Origin: an uncultured Bifidobacterium sp.
GTDB lineage: Bacteria; Actinomycetota; Actinomycetes; S36-B12; UBA5976
Length of the DNA stretch: 64,000 nucleotides
Reading direction: 5' to 3'
Assembly (NCBI GenBank): GCA_964655115.1
Contig: CAZZKM010000002.1
Span: forward strand, 14,333-78,332
The notes below the pieces were generated by a model. The model searched no databases, was not told where the DNA came from, and saw only the letters and a program-made list of their open reading frames with translations. The position numbers and the translations under genes were made by a program. Positions 29,597 through 44,656 of the stretch are shown piece after piece (the stretch's first letter is position 1; each line of letters begins with the position of its first letter).

Positions 29597-29645
29597 TGGT
29601 TCTAAGTTTGCCTCATCCTCTAACTTAAGATTAAATCTGGGGGTC

Positions 29646-30731
29646 TTAACCTACGTTTAAGGTCCATTGGTGTTCATCTTTTGCTACACCAGTTTGAATA
29701 TCTAATAGAGCATCGCGAAGTTTGGAAGTTAAAGGACCAGTTTCTCCTGAGCCAACTTGGAAAATGCCATCTTTAGATTTAACAGTTCCAATTGGGGTAA
29801 TAACAGCAGCGGTACCGCAAGCAAAGACTTCAGTTATTTCTCCAGATTCGCAACCTTTTTTCCAATCTTCAACACTTATTCTTGCTTCACTTGAAGTTAA
29901 ATTTAAATCTTTTGCCAAAGTTAAAATTGAATCTCTGGTAATTCCTGCAAGTAATGATCCTGTTAATTCTGGAGTGATAATTTTATTTTGTTTTCCATAA
30001 ACAAAATACAAATTCATGCCACCCATTTCTTCAATCCAGCGTCTTTCAATTGCATCTAGCCACACAACTTGATCGCAACCTTCTTGAGCAGCTTTAGCTT
30101 GAGCAATTAATGACGCTGCATAGTTACCAGCAAATTTTGCTTCCCCTGTTCCACCAGGGGCTGCTCTTACATATTCGGTACTTAACCACACAGAAACTGG
30201 TTTTAATCCTTTTGGAAAATAAGCTCCTGCAGGAGAAGCAATTAACATAAATAAATATTTGTTTGCAGGTCTAACACCCAAACCAACTTCTGTGGCAAAC
30301 ATAAATGGTCTTAAATATAAAGATTTTTCTCTATCTTCTGGAACCCAATTTTTATCAACTGAAATTAATTCTTTAATTGCTTGCACAAACAATTCTTCAG
30401 GCATTTCAGGCATAGCCATTCTTTTAGCACTTCTAGCAAATCGTTTCGCATTTTCAAACGGTCTAAAAGTTTTTATGGTGCCATCTTTATGTCGATATGC
30501 TTTTAAACCTTCAAATATTGCTTGCCCATAATGAAGTGTCATATTTGCCGGATCAACTTCTAATTTTGCATAAGGCACAACTCGGGGATTTGTGAATCCT
30601 TTATCTTGTTCCCAATCAATTAACACCATGTGATCGGTGAAATATTTACCAAATCCAGGATTTTCTAAGATTTCTTTTCTTTGATCTTCAGACTTACTTG
30701 AATTATTTTTTGTAACGCTAAAATTTGTCAT
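29646..30731 (-). CDS. ilvE: Branched-chain amino acid aminotransferase
   Basis: 361-aa class IV aminotransferase (long actinobacterial type), [14 protein letters not shown] motif. ATGA overlap with leuB. Confidence 0.95.
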   Translation of the reverse strand: MTNFSVTKNNSSKSEDQRKEILENPGFGKYFTDHMVLIDWEQDKGFTNPRVVPYAKLEVDPANMTLHYGQAIFEGLKAYRHKDGTIKTFRPFENAKRFARSAKRMAMPEMPEELFVQAIKELISVDKNWVPEDREKSLYLRPFMFATEVGLGVRPANKYLFMLIASPAGAYFPKGLKPVSVWLSTEYVRAAPGGTGEAKFAGNYAASLIAQAKAAQEGCDQVVWLDAIERRWIEEMGGMNLYFVYGKQNKIITPELTGSLLAGITRDSILTLAKDLNLTSSEARISVEDWKKGCESGEITEVFACGTAAVITPIGTVKSKDGIFQVGSGETGPLTSKLRDALLDIQTGVAKDEHQWTLNVG

Positions 30732-31759
30732 GAATTAACCAATTTAGCGATGGCATCTCCTATTTCAAAAGTGCTTCGCTTAGTTTGCCCTCTACTTGCC
30801 AAGTCTTTTGAAACAGCGTCTTCTATTTTCTTTGCTAATAAATCTTGACCTAGATGAGAAAGCATCATCGATGCACTCATGATTGCAGCTGTTGGATCTG
30901 CAATTGCTTTTCCAGCAATATCCGGTGCTGAACCATGAACTGGTTCAAACATAGAAGGAGAAGTTTTTTCAGGATTTATATTTCCACTTGCAGCAAGTCC
31001 AATGCCACCAGCAATTGCTGCACCAATATCAGTCAAAATATCGCCAAATAAATTATCTGTTACTACAACATCAAATTTTTCAGGATTTGTGACAAAAAAC
31101 ATTGATGCTGCATCTACGTGTTGATATTCAGTTTTAACATCAGGAAATTCTTTCGAAACTTTTTCAAATGTTCTTTTCCAAAGATCTCCTGCAAAAACTA
31201 ATACGTTTGCTTTATGAACTAAAGTTAAATGTTTTCTTCTTTTTTGTGCACGATTGAATGCATCTCTGATTACTCTTTCTGCACCTTTGGCAGTATTTAA
31301 AGATTCTTCGGTTGCTACTTCGTCTTTAGTGTTTTTTCTTAAAACTCCTCCAGAGCCAACATAAGCTCCTTCGGTGCCTTCTCTTACAACAACCATGTCA
31401 ATATCTTTTGTAGTTTTACCTGCTAAAGGAGTAGTAACTCCTGGAAAAAGTTTTACAGGTCTTAAATTGACGTAGTGATCAAGGACAAATCTTAGTTTTA
31501 ATAAAAGTCCACGTTCTAAAATTCCTGGAGCCACTTTTGGATCACCAACTGCACCTAACAAGATTGCATCAAATTTTCTTAATTCATCAATTACTGAATC
31601 CGGTAAAGTTTCACCAGTCTTTAAATAACGAGCAGCACCTAGATCGTAAGTTTGTTTTTCAAGTTTTACACCAGTTGCATCTAAAACTTTGCATGCTTCA
31701 TTAACCACTTCGGATCCAATTCCATCACCTGGAATTAACGCAATTCGAAAGGAAGACAT
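30728..31759 (-). CDS. leuB: 3-isopropylmalate dehydrogenase
   Basis: 343 aa. [11 protein letters not shown]-terminus and NLFGDILTD signature. Confidence 0.95.
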   Translation of the reverse strand: MSSFRIALIPGDGIGSEVVNEACKVLDATGVKLEKQTYDLGAARYLKTGETLPDSVIDELRKFDAILLGAVGDPKVAPGILERGLLLKLRFVLDHYVNLRPVKLFPGVTTPLAGKTTKDIDMVVVREGTEGAYVGSGGVLRKNTKDEVATEESLNTAKGAERVIRDAFNRAQKRRKHLTLVHKANVLVFAGDLWKRTFEKVSKEFPDVKTEYQHVDAASMFFVTNPEKFDVVVTDNLFGDILTDIGAAIAGGIGLAASGNINPEKTSPSMFEPVHGSAPDIAGKAIADPTAAIMSASMMLSHLGQDLLAKKIEDAVSKDLASRGQTKRSTFEIGDAIAKLVNS

Positions 31760-31817
31760 AATAAATACAAGCGTAGGGCTGCACTACTTTTTTATCTCCT
31801 GCTACCCTTTACTAATA

Positions 31818-31924
31818 ATGATTCGTTGCTTACTACTTCATAGCCGCAGCGAGGCCTAACGACTGGCCTCCTCGCTGCGGGAGTTAGTCATTTGCTGGTC
31901 GCAAAAGATTTTTTCCGACTAGCC
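31818..31924 (+). promoter_or_regulatory. leuA leader: LLL leader ORF (31818-31859, MIRCLLLHSRSEA*) plus GC-rich hairpin (31844-31880) and competing downstream pairings
   Basis: Codons ATG ATT CGT TGC TTA CTA CTT CAT AGC CGC AGC GAG GCC TAA. Hairpin CCGCAGCGAGGCC/GGCC(UCC)UCGCUGCGG. Repeated complementary boxes at 31860-68, 31883-89, 31895-901 and 31916-24. Confidence 0.5.
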
Positions 31925-31937
31925 ACTAAAGAGGTAA

Positions 31938-35245
<3,308 letters not shown>

Positions 35246-35249
35246 ATAT

Positions 35250-35405
35250 CTAGCCTACTTTGTTAGATTTTTTCTTTTTACAAGCATTAGAACAATACTT
35301 AACTTCATCCCAGTTCTTAGCCCACGATTTACGCCATGTCATTTTTCGACCACAAGCAACACAGATTTTTTCTAATTTAGGATGTCTAGAAATATGTTGG
35401 CCCAT
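35250..35405 (-). CDS. DUF2256-family small zinc-ribbon protein
   Basis: Not in ORF track (51 aa). Manual translation: MGQHISRHPKLEKICVACGRKMTWRKSWAKNWDEVKYCSNACKKKKSNKVG*. The CxxCGR..WRK.W...WD.V.YCS..C pattern matches DUF2256 as I recall it. The stop lies 4 nt before the serA ATG. Confidence 0.72.
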   Translation of the reverse strand: MGQHISRHPKLEKICVACGRKMTWRKSWAKNWDEVKYCSNACKKKKSNKVG

Positions 35406-35432
35406 TTAATAATTATTTATTAAATGGGCCAA
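35397..35432 (-). terminator. Perfect 16-bp inverted repeat after ilvC that also covers the DUF2256 start codon
   Basis: ttggcccatttaataa-ttat-ttattaaatgggccaa, with exactly reverse-complementary arms. It starts 15 nt after the ilvC stop. The 3' arm contains the ATG at 35405-35403. Followed by CAUAUUUCU, only weakly U-rich. Confidence 0.5.
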
Positions 35433-35447
35433 TTACGCTATTTGAAA

Positions 35448-36479
<1,032 letters not shown>

Positions 36480-36511
36480 TTACTTTCCTTTTCTTTTTGG
36501 TTGGTTATTGT

Positions 36512-37018
36512 CTAGCGTAATGTGCGCTCAGAGGCAGATTTTGCTCCGCGTCCAATTGCCACCATGCCTGATTGAACTAGTTCCTTGATTCCATAGTCTT
36601 CTAATACTTTTAAAAGAGCCTGGATTTTGTCGTGATTTCCAGTTGCTTCAATTGTTATTGCATCACTGGAGACATCAACGACTTTTGCTCTAAAAAGAGA
36701 AACTGTTTCTAAAATACTTGAACGATTTTGAGCATCTGCTTTAACTTTTACAAGTAGTAATTCTCTTTGTACAGCTGCTGTGTTATCAAGTTCCACTATT
36801 TTTAAAACATTGACTAATTTATTTAATTGTTTAGTCACTTGTTCAAGTGGAGATTCTGCAACATTTACCACAATGGTCATGCGGGAAACTCCGCTTGTTT
36901 CAGTAGGTCCTACTGCTAATGATTCAATGTTGAATCCGCGTCTTGCAAATAAACTTGCAGTTCTTGCTAAAACTCCCGGTTGATCTTCAACTAAAACACT
37001 TAATGTGTGTCTACTCAT
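36512..37018 (-). CDS. ilvN: Acetolactate synthase small (regulatory) subunit
   Basis: 168 aa. N-terminal ACT domain ([31 protein letters not shown]). Confidence 0.95.
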   Translation of the reverse strand: MSRHTLSVLVEDQPGVLARTASLFARRGFNIESLAVGPTETSGVSRMTIVVNVAESPLEQVTKQLNKLVNVLKIVELDNTAAVQRELLLVKVKADAQNRSSILETVSLFRAKVVDVSSDAITIEATGNHDKIQALLKVLEDYGIKELVQSGMVAIGRGAKSASERTLR

Positions 37019-38760
37019 TCGTCATCACTTCGCATCCATTTTGGTGCCATATCGCGAGCAAATTTGATTTCAGAATTACTCATGCCAGCTGCAACCATTG
37101 GCCAAACCATGGCATCTTTATGAACTACGAAATCAATTACTACTGGGGCATCATTTAGTCCAAGTGCTTTTTCGATAACTACATCAACTTCATCTTTGTT
37201 TTCGCAACGCAATCCATGACAACCATACGCATCAGCAAGTTTCACAAAATCTGGAATTCTGTTGGTATGAAGATCTGTATTGGAATATCTATTGTTATAA
37301 AACAAAGATTGCCATTGTCTAACCATGCCCAGTGCATTGTTATTAATCAATCCAACCTTGATTGGAATGTTATTAATTGTGCAAGTGGCTAATTCTTGAT
37401 TAGTCATTTGGAAACAACCATCACCATCAATTGCCCAAACATCTTTATCAGGTGCTCCAACTTTTGCACCCATTGCAGCAGGAATTGCATAACCCATAGT
37501 TCCTAAACCACCTGAGTTAAGCCAAGTTCCTGGATTTTCATATTTAATAAATTGAGCTGCCCACATTTGATGTTGACCAACACCTGCTGCATATAAAGCA
37601 TCAGGTCCTGTGATTTCACCAATTCTTTGAATTACATATTGAGGGGAAAGAGAACCATCATGTGGTTCGTCATATCCAAGTGGATATTCATTTCTTAATC
37701 TATTTAAATTGGCCCACCATGCCTCATAATTCCCAACTCTTCCTGCTTTATGTTCATCTTTCAAAGCAGCAATAAGTTCAATCATGGTTTCTTTGGCATC
37801 ACCCACAATTGGCACGTGAGCAAATCTATTTTTACCAATTTCTGCAGGATCTATATCAATATGAATTACATCTGCTTCTGGAGCAAATGATGAAAGTTGA
37901 CCAGTGACTCGATCATCAAATCTTGTTCCAATAGCAATTAATAAATCACTTTGTTGTAAAGATCCAACTGCAGCAACTGTGCCATGCATTCCAGGCATTC
38001 CTAAATGTTGTGGATGAGAATCTGGAAATGCTCCTCTAGCCATCAATGTTGTGACAACAGGAATTTGAGTTAGCTCTGCTAATTGGAAAAGTTCTTTATT
38101 TGCCTCAGATTTAATAACACCTCCACCAATGTAAAGAACTGGCTTTTTAGCATTAACAATTCTTTCGGCAGCTTCCTTGACTCTTTTAGCATTTGGTTTA
38201 GCAGTTGGATGATAACCAGGTAAATTCATAACTGGTGGCCAATTAAATTGAGTTTTTGCATTTAGGGCATCTTTAGAAATATCAACTAAAACAGGTCCTG
38301 GTCTTCCAGTTGAAGCAATGTGAAATGCTTCTGCAATTGCTCTTGGAATGTCATCTGCTTTGGTAACTAAATAATTATGTTTTGTAATTGGAAAAGTAAT
38401 TCCTCTAATATCTGCTTCTTGAAATGCATCAGTACCAATTGCATTTGATGGAACTTGTCCAGTGATTGCAACCATAGGAACAGAATCCATGTGTGCATCA
38501 GCTATTGGTGTTACCAGATTGGTTGCTCCTGGTCCACTTGTTGCCATACAAACTCCAACGCGACCAGTTGCAAGTGCATAACCTTCAGCAGCATGACCAG
38601 CACCTTGTTCATGTCTAACTAAAATGTGGCGTAATTTTTTTGAATCCATCAATGGATCGTATGCAGGAAGAATTGCTCCGCCAGGAATTCCAAAGACTGT
38701 ATCTACACCTGCAAATTCCAAAGATTGAACTAAACTTTGCGCACCGGTGATCTCGGTCAT
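37015..38760 (-). CDS. ilvB: Acetolactate synthase large subunit
   Basis: 581-aa ThDP enzyme. [24 protein letters not shown]-terminus and ThDP motif [16 protein letters not shown]...DGDGCFQM. Confidence 0.96.
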   Translation of the reverse strand: MTEITGAQSLVQSLEFAGVDTVFGIPGGAILPAYDPLMDSKKLRHILVRHEQGAGHAAEGYALATGRVGVCMATSGPGATNLVTPIADAHMDSVPMVAITGQVPSNAIGTDAFQEADIRGITFPITKHNYLVTKADDIPRAIAEAFHIASTGRPGPVLVDISKDALNAKTQFNWPPVMNLPGYHPTAKPNAKRVKEAAERIVNAKKPVLYIGGGVIKSEANKELFQLAELTQIPVVTTLMARGAFPDSHPQHLGMPGMHGTVAAVGSLQQSDLLIAIGTRFDDRVTGQLSSFAPEADVIHIDIDPAEIGKNRFAHVPIVGDAKETMIELIAALKDEHKAGRVGNYEAWWANLNRLRNEYPLGYDEPHDGSLSPQYVIQRIGEITGPDALYAAGVGQHQMWAAQFIKYENPGTWLNSGGLGTMGYAIPAAMGAKVGAPDKDVWAIDGDGCFQMTNQELATCTINNIPIKVGLINNNALGMVRQWQSLFYNNRYSNTDLHTNRIPDFVKLADAYGCHGLRCENKDEVDVVIEKALGLNDAPVVIDFVVHKDAMVWPMVAAGMSNSEIKFARDMAPKWMRSDDE

Positions 38761-38837
38761 GAATTATGTTTCCTTTAAATCGGGGAAGAATTCTTTTTAA
38801 GGAATCCTTCAATTGTTTCAGTAGCCTTTAGCCCACT

Positions 38838-38873
38838 AAAAAACCCCCCGGCCTTTTTTAGGCAAACGGAGGG
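38838..38873 (-). terminator. Rho-independent terminator/attenuator in the ilvB leader
   Basis: Minus strand CCCUCCG-UUU-GCC-UAAAAAA-GGC-CGGGGGG (7+3 bp with a 3-nt bulge) followed by UUUUUU. It lies about 77 nt upstream of the ilvB ATG. Confidence 0.65.
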
Positions 38874-38894
38874 TGGCGCGTGGGCTAATTCTTG

Positions 38895-38936
38895 CTAGCC
38901 GACGCGCTCGCTAACTACCACGAGTGCATTTCTCAT
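38895..38936 (-). promoter_or_regulatory. Candidate Val/Leu-rich leader peptide ORF MRNALVVVSERVG*
   Basis: ATG AGA AAT GCA CTC GTG GTA GTT AGC GAG CGC GTC GGC TAG, read codon by codon. Its 3' end is the 5' arm of the hairpin at 38876-38907 (GCGCGUCGGCUA/UAGCCCACGCGC, 11 of 12 paired). Confidence 0.55.
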
Positions 38937-38943
38937 TGAAAAA

Positions 38944-38972
38944 ACTTTATCAGCCTATTGATGATTGGTCTA
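38944..38972 (-). promoter_or_regulatory. Possible promoter giving a leaderless ilvB leader-peptide transcript
   Basis: Minus strand TAGACC-N17-TAAAGT, then 7 nt to the leader ATG. TANNNT -10 boxes 6-7 nt from a leaderless AUG are the known actinobacterial pattern. Weak evidence in AT-rich DNA. Confidence 0.3.
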
Positions 38973-39034
38973 GTCCTGTCCCCTTTGAACTAGTCGAACT
39001 TAAGAATTAACAAAGAATTAAACTTAGAAACATT

Positions 39035-39943
39035 ATGGATCTAGATAAAGTCATTCTCTATTACGCATTCACACCTGTAAATGACCCACAAGCTTTAATG
39101 CTGTGGCAAAAAACTTTATGCCAATCCTTAAACATAAAGGGCAGAATTTTAATTTCTCCTCATGGAATAAATGGAACCCTTGGTGGAAAAATGGAAGATT
39201 TAAAAAAATACATTAAACAAACCAGACTTTATCCAGGTTTTAAAAAAATAGATTTCAAATGGTCAGAAGGAACAGGCAAAGATTTTCCAAAATTAAAGGT
39301 AAAAGTCAAAGAAGAATTAGTTCCATTTGGAAATACAGATGAAATTAAAGTTGGCGATAACGGAATTATTGGTGGCGGTACTCACTTAAAACCTGAACAG
39401 GTTCATAAATTGGTTGAAGAGAGAAAAGATGAAGTTGTTTTCTTTGATGGCAGAAATACTTTCGAAGCTAAAGTTGGAAAATTTAAAGATGCCGTGGTCC
39501 CTCAAACTTCAACCACTCGAGATTTCATAAATGAACTAGAAAGTGGTAAATATGACCACTTAAAAAATAAAGCCATAGTTACTTATTGCACCGGTGGAAT
39601 ACGTTGCGAAATTTTATCAGTGTTGATGAAAAATAGAGGATTTAGTGAGGTTTATCAAATAAAAGGTGGAATTGTTCGTTACGGAAATAAATTTGGTGAT
39701 GATGGTTTATGGGAAGGATCTTTATACACCTTCGATGATCGATTAACCATTGATTTTAGTGATCACACAAAATTGATTGGATCTTGTGCAAGATGTAGTG
39801 CTAAAACAAAATCATTTAGAAATTGTCAAAATCCAAATTGTCATCAACTAGTTTTACTTTGTGATAATTGTTATGCCACACACGTTGGAATGCCTTGTGT
39901 GCATGATCGCGAAACAAAACAAAATCACGAACTTGTTGGTTAA
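39035..39943 (+). CDS. trhO: Rhodanese-domain protein UPF0176/YceA (tRNA U34 hydroxylase TrhO-like)
   Basis: 302 aa. N-terminal ..[11 protein letters not shown].. and rhodanese active-site loop YCTGGIRCE, then a C-terminal Cys-rich tail. Confidence 0.83.
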   Translation: MDLDKVILYYAFTPVNDPQALMLWQKTLCQSLNIKGRILISPHGINGTLGGKMEDLKKYIKQTRLYPGFKKIDFKWSEGTGKDFPKLKVKVKEELVPFGNTDEIKVGDNGIIGGGTHLKPEQVHKLVEERKDEVVFFDGRNTFEAKVGKFKDAVVPQTSTTRDFINELESGKYDHLKNKAIVTYCTGGIRCEILSVLMKNRGFSEVYQIKGGIVRYGNKFGDDGLWEGSLYTFDDRLTIDFSDHTKLIGSCARCSAKTKSFRNCQNPNCHQLVLLCDNCYATHVGMPCVHDRETKQNHELVG

Positions 39944-41625
39944 TTACAAACAGCACCTTTAGCTGAAGTTCCCACTAAGCGCGCATACTTACCCAAAACT
40001 CCAGTTGTATATCTAGGTTCTGCTGGTTTCCAATTAGTTTTTCTTTTTGCCAAAGTTTCTTCATCAACTAATAAATCTAATCTTCTATTTGTTAAATCTA
40101 ATTTGATTTTGTCACCAGTTTCAACCAATGCAATTGGTCCACCATCTGTAGCTTCTGGTGCAACATGTCCTATACAAAATCCTGCAGTTGCTCCACTAAA
40201 TCTTCCATCAGTTACGAGCATTACATCTTTACCAAGACCTGCACCTTTTATAGCTGCAGTTACAGCTAACATTTCACGCATACCAGGACCACCTTTTGGT
40301 CCCTCATATCTAATGACAACAACGTCACCTTTAACAATTTTTCCTTGAGTTAGTGCTTCCATAGCAAATTTTTCATCATCGAAAACTTTTGCAGTTCCTT
40401 CAAATATTGGAGATTCAACTGAAGCTGCTTTGATAACAGAACCTTCGGGAGCTAAAGATCCTTTAAGAATTACTAAACCACCAGTTTTGTGAATTGGATT
40501 ATTTACTGCATAAATTATTTTTCCATCTGGATCTGGAGGATTTATTTCTTTCAAATTTTCTGCCAAAGTTTTTCCAGTAACAGTTAAAGCATCACCGTGT
40601 AACAAACCTGCATCAAGTAATGCTTTCATTACCACTGGTACTCCACCAATTTTGTCTAAATCATTCATTACATATCGTCCAAATGGTTTAACATCTGCTA
40701 AGTGAGGAGTTTTATCGCCAATTCGATTGAAATCATCAATTGTTAAATCAACTTTTGCTTCATGAGCTATAGCTAGTAAATGTAAAACTGCATTTGTTGA
40801 TCCACCAAGTGCCATCAAAACGGTTATCGCATTTTCAAATGCTTTTTTGGTCATGATGTCTCGAGCGGTTATTCCTTTTCTAATCAAATTAACAACGGCT
40901 TCACCTGCGGCAAATGCATCTGCATCTCTTCTTGAATCAATTGCTGGAGCACTGGCACTTCCAGGAAGTGCCATACCTAAAGCTTCTGCGGCAGAACTCA
41001 TTGTGTTTGCGGTAAACATTCCGCCACATGCACCTTCTCCAGGGCAAGCTGCTCTTTCTATTTCACCTAATTCTTTTTCAGTTATTTTTCCAAGTGCACA
41101 AGCTCCTACACCTTCAAATACATCTTGGATAGTTAAATCTTTTCCATTTAAATTTCCAGGCATGATAGAACCGTTATAAATAAATACGTTTGCTAAATCT
41201 AATCTGGCTGCAGCCATCAACATTCCAGGCAGTGATTTATCGCAACCTGCCAAAGTAACACTGCCGTCTAATCTTTCAGCATGCATAACACATTCAACAG
41301 AATCTGTAATTATTTCTCTACTTACTAAAGAGGCACGCATTCCTTCATGACCCATAGAAATTCCATCAGAAACAGAAATTGTGGAAAATTCCATTGGAAA
41401 TCCACCTGCTGCAAAAACACCTGCTTTTGCTTTTTCAGCTAAACGCCTAAGTGACATGTTGCAGGGAGTAATTTCATTCCAAGAAGAGGCAATACCAATT
41501 TGAGGTTTTTTAAAATCTTCATCTTTCATTCCAACCGCTCTTAACATTGCGCGAGCAGGGGCTCTTTCAATACCTTCAGTTACATCTTTACTTCTTGGTT
41601 TTAAATCACCTGGTTTAGTAGCCAT
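39940..41625 (-). CDS. ilvD: Dihydroxy-acid dehydratase
   Basis: 561 aa. IlvD/Edd signatures [31 protein letters not shown]. Confidence 0.96.
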   Translation of the reverse strand: MATKPGDLKPRSKDVTEGIERAPARAMLRAVGMKDEDFKKPQIGIASSWNEITPCNMSLRRLAEKAKAGVFAAGGFPMEFSTISVSDGISMGHEGMRASLVSREIITDSVECVMHAERLDGSVTLAGCDKSLPGMLMAAARLDLANVFIYNGSIMPGNLNGKDLTIQDVFEGVGACALGKITEKELGEIERAACPGEGACGGMFTANTMSSAAEALGMALPGSASAPAIDSRRDADAFAAGEAVVNLIRKGITARDIMTKKAFENAITVLMALGGSTNAVLHLLAIAHEAKVDLTIDDFNRIGDKTPHLADVKPFGRYVMNDLDKIGGVPVVMKALLDAGLLHGDALTVTGKTLAENLKEINPPDPDGKIIYAVNNPIHKTGGLVILKGSLAPEGSVIKAASVESPIFEGTAKVFDDEKFAMEALTQGKIVKGDVVVIRYEGPKGGPGMREMLAVTAAIKGAGLGKDVMLVTDGRFSGATAGFCIGHVAPEATDGGPIALVETGDKIKLDLTNRRLDLLVDEETLAKRKTNWKPAEPRYTTGVLGKYARLVGTSAKGAVCN

Positions 41626-41658
41626 ATAAATACTGTATCTATATCAATTCTTTTTGAT

Positions 41659-43155
41659 CTAACTACCTAATGTTTTCAAGATTAATTCTCTTACTTTGGC
41701 AGCATCAGCGCTTCCACCAGTTGTTTTCATAACGGCTCCAACGATTACCCCAACAACTTGAACTTTTCCTTCTTTAATTTTTGCAGCGGCATCTGGATTT
41801 GCTGCTATTGCTTCATTTATAGCTGGCAGTAATGCAGAGTCATCTGCTACTACGACTAATTTTCTATTTTCCATAACTTGGTCAGGATTTCCTTCACCAA
41901 GCAATATTCCATCAATTACTTGACGGGCTAGTTTGTCAGTTAATTTTCCTTCGTTTACTAATTGATCAATTCTTGCTACATCTTCTGGACTAATTTTTAA
42001 AGTTGTTAATTCAACACCTGATTCACTTGCTCTTCTCGCTAATTCTCCTGCCCACCATTTTCTTGCAGCTGCAGGTTTAGTTCCTTTTGAAATCGTTTCT
42101 GAAATTAAATCAACTGCACCTAAAGTTGTAACATCTCTCATTTCTAAATCTGTAAAACCCCATTCTTTGGCAAGTCTTACTCTTCTAATGGAAGGTTGTT
42201 CAGGAAGTTCAGATTTTAATTTTTCAATCCAATTTTTATCAGGAGCAATAGGAACTAAATCAGGTTCTGGAAAATATCTATACTCTTCTGCTACTTCTTT
42301 ACTTCTTCCACTTCTAGTAGTTCCAGTATCTTCTTGGAAATGTCTTGTTTCTTGTTTTATTTTATTACCTTTATCAAGTTCAATTCCCTGTCTTTCAATT
42401 TCACTTCTAATTGCTCTTTCCACACTTCGAAGTGAGTTAACGTTTTTAGTTTCAGTTCTTGTGCCCCATTGTTTTGCCCCTTTTGGAGTTAAAGAAAGAT
42501 TTACATCGCAACGCAAGGATCCTTCTTCCATTCGAACATCAGAAACTTTTAAACCACGAAGTAGATCTCTTAATTCAGTTACATAAGCTTTTGCTACTAA
42601 TGGTGCAAATTCGTTTGTGCCAGCAACTGGTCTAGTCACAATTTCAACTAGTGGAATTCCTGCACGATTGTAATCAACTAATGAATAATCAGCTCCATGA
42701 ATTCTTCCAGTTGATCCACCTGCATGAGTTAGTTTTCCAGTGTCTTCTTCTAAATGAACTCTTTCGATTTCAACTCTGAATGTTTTTGATCCATCATCAG
42801 TATCAACAACTACATCCAAATACCCATTTGAACAAAGTGGTTCATCGTATTGACTAGTTTGAAAATCTTTTGGCATGTCAGGATAAAAATAATTTTTTCT
42901 AGCAAATCTAGAAAATGCAGCAATACTGCAATTAAGAGCTAAACCAATTCGAATAGTTGATTCAATTGCTGTTTCATTTGCTACCGGAAGAGATCCTGGA
43001 AGACCCAAACAAGTTGGACAGGTTTGAGTATTAGGCTCTGCACCAAATTCAGTAGAACAAGAACAAAACATCTTTGATTTTGTAGATAATTCAACGTGGG
43101 TTTCTAATCCGATTACTGGATCATATTTTGCGATTGCTTCTTCAAAATTACCCAT
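41659..43155 (-). CDS. gatB: Asp/Glu-tRNA(Asn/Gln) amidotransferase subunit B
   Basis: 498 aa. [16 protein letters not shown]-terminus and C-terminal YqeY-like domain. Follows gatC and gatA. Confidence 0.96.
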   Translation of the reverse strand: MGNFEEAIAKYDPVIGLETHVELSTKSKMFCSCSTEFGAEPNTQTCPTCLGLPGSLPVANETAIESTIRIGLALNCSIAAFSRFARKNYFYPDMPKDFQTSQYDEPLCSNGYLDVVVDTDDGSKTFRVEIERVHLEEDTGKLTHAGGSTGRIHGADYSLVDYNRAGIPLVEIVTRPVAGTNEFAPLVAKAYVTELRDLLRGLKVSDVRMEEGSLRCDVNLSLTPKGAKQWGTRTETKNVNSLRSVERAIRSEIERQGIELDKGNKIKQETRHFQEDTGTTRSGRSKEVAEEYRYFPEPDLVPIAPDKNWIEKLKSELPEQPSIRRVRLAKEWGFTDLEMRDVTTLGAVDLISETISKGTKPAAARKWWAGELARRASESGVELTTLKISPEDVARIDQLVNEGKLTDKLARQVIDGILLGEGNPDQVMENRKLVVVADDSALLPAINEAIAANPDAAAKIKEGKVQVVGVIVGAVMKTTGGSADAAKVRELILKTLGS

Positions 43156-44656
43156 GTGAGGCCACCTTCAAATCAGGAATTGAATCTATTAATAAGCCAT
43201 TCCATTTATCTTTCAAACTTGCTTCTAGAGTTGCTGCAACTTTATACATTCGATCATCTTGCATAAATGGAGCAATTATTTGTAAACCAACTGGAAGTTT
43301 GTCTTCATCGGCTAAACCAATTGGAATACTCATGGCAGGAATTCCTGCAAGAGATGGTGGAAGTGTGGCTAAATCTGCCAAATACATTGCAAGTGGATCA
43401 TTTACTCTCTCACCTAATCCCCACGCGGTTGTAGGAGAAGTAGGAGAAATTAATACATCAACTTCTTTAAAGGCATTTTTTAAATCTTGTGCAATTAATG
43501 CTCTAACTTTTTGAGCTTGAGCATAGTAAGCATCGTAATAACCAGAAGATAAAGCATAAGTACCAATCATTATTCTTCGTTTTACTTCTTTACCAAATCC
43601 CTTAGCTCTAGTTTTATTCATTACTTCTTCAGCACTTAAATTTTGCTCATCAACTCTTAGGCCATAACGCATGCCATCAAATCTGGCTAAATTGCTGGAA
43701 GCTTCACTTGGGGCAATTAAATAATAAGTTGCAAGTGCATAAACAGAATGAGGAATTGATATTTCTGTGACATTGGCACCTAATGATTTTAAAGTTTCAA
43801 TAGATTCGTTAAATCTATTTATTACTCCTTTTTGCCATCCTGAACCACCTAATTCTTTGATGTAACCAATTTTTAAACCTTTTACATCTAAAGTTTTTGC
43901 AGCTTGCACTACATCTGGACTTTTCTCATTAATACTTGTGGAATCTAGTGGATCATGTCCTGCCATAACTTCATGTAACATTGCGCAATCTAAAACAGTC
44001 CTTGCAAATGGTCCTGCTTGATCTAATGAAGATGCAAATGCGACTAATCCATAACGTGACACCGCTCCATAACTTGGTTTGGCTCCGACAATTCCTGTTA
44101 CAGATGCAGGTTGTCTAATCGAACCTCCTGTATCTGTGCCAATTGAAAGGGGTGCAAAAAATGCAGCCACCGCAGCAGATGAACCACCTGAAGATCCACC
44201 AGGAATTTTATTTAAATCCCATGGATTTCTAGTTGGAAAATAAGCACTGTTTTCAGTAGATGAACCCATGGCAAATTCATCCATATTGGTTTTACCCAAA
44301 ATAATTACTCCAGAGTTTTTTAGATTTTTTACAACTGTTGAGTCATATGGTGGAAGCCAATTTTCTAATATTTTGGATCCACATGTAGTTGGAACATCTT
44401 TTTGTGTCAAAACATCTTTTAACGCTAGCGGAACACCAGCTAACTTACTTAATTTCTTATTTTCTTTTCTCGATTTATCAACATCTTCAGCCTGCTCCAA
44501 TGCGCCTTTTTTGTCTAAGTGTAAAAAAGCTTTAACTTTGTTATCTAACTCTTCAATTCGTGAAAAATGAGCCTTAGTTACTTCAACTGCACTAATTTCT
44601 TTTTTATCGAGTTTTTCACTTAGTTCTAACGCTGTTAATTTAGTTAAATCTGACAT
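43148..44656 (-). CDS. gatA: Asp/Glu-tRNA(Asn/Gln) amidotransferase subunit A
   Basis: 502 aa. Amidase signature [13 protein letters not shown] and a Ser-cisSer-Lys region. Confidence 0.96.
   Translation of the reverse strand: MSDLTKLTALELSEKLDKKEISAVEVTKAHFSRIEELDNKVKAFLHLDKKGALEQAEDVDKSRKENKKLSKLAGVPLALKDVLTQKDVPTTCGSKILENWLPPYDSTVVKNLKNSGVIILGKTNMDEFAMGSSTENSAYFPTRNPWDLNKIPGGSSGGSSAAVAAFFAPLSIGTDTGGSIRQPASVTGIVGAKPSYGAVSRYGLVAFASSLDQAGPFARTVLDCAMLHEVMAGHDPLDSTSINEKSPDVVQAAKTLDVKGLKIGYIKELGGSGWQKGVINRFNESIETLKSLGANVTEISIPHSVYALATYYLIAPSEASSNLARFDGMRYGLRVDEQNLSAEEVMNKTRAKGFGKEVKRRIMIGTYALSSGYYDAYYAQAQKVRALIAQDLKNAFKEVDVLISPTSPTTAWGLGERVNDPLAMYLADLATLPPSLAGIPAMSIPIGLADEDKLPVGLQIIAPFMQDDRMYKVAATLEASLKDKWNGLLIDSIPDLKVASHG

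Noticed and set aside
38615-38812. 65-aa minus-strand ORF overlapping the ilvB 5' end and extending into the leader.
   Set aside because: It is out of frame with ilvB and has no motif. It overlaps a strongly supported gene and is not the leader peptide, which lies further upstream at 38936-38895.
38967-38999. Repeated GACTAG / CTAGTC motifs upstream of the ilvB leader promoter, with similar CGACTAG boxes in the leuA leader, as a shared BCAA operator.
   Set aside because: There are only two short copies per region, their position relative to the promoters is inconsistent, and in leuA the boxes are better explained as RNA pairing partners. I cannot assess significance without genome-wide counts.
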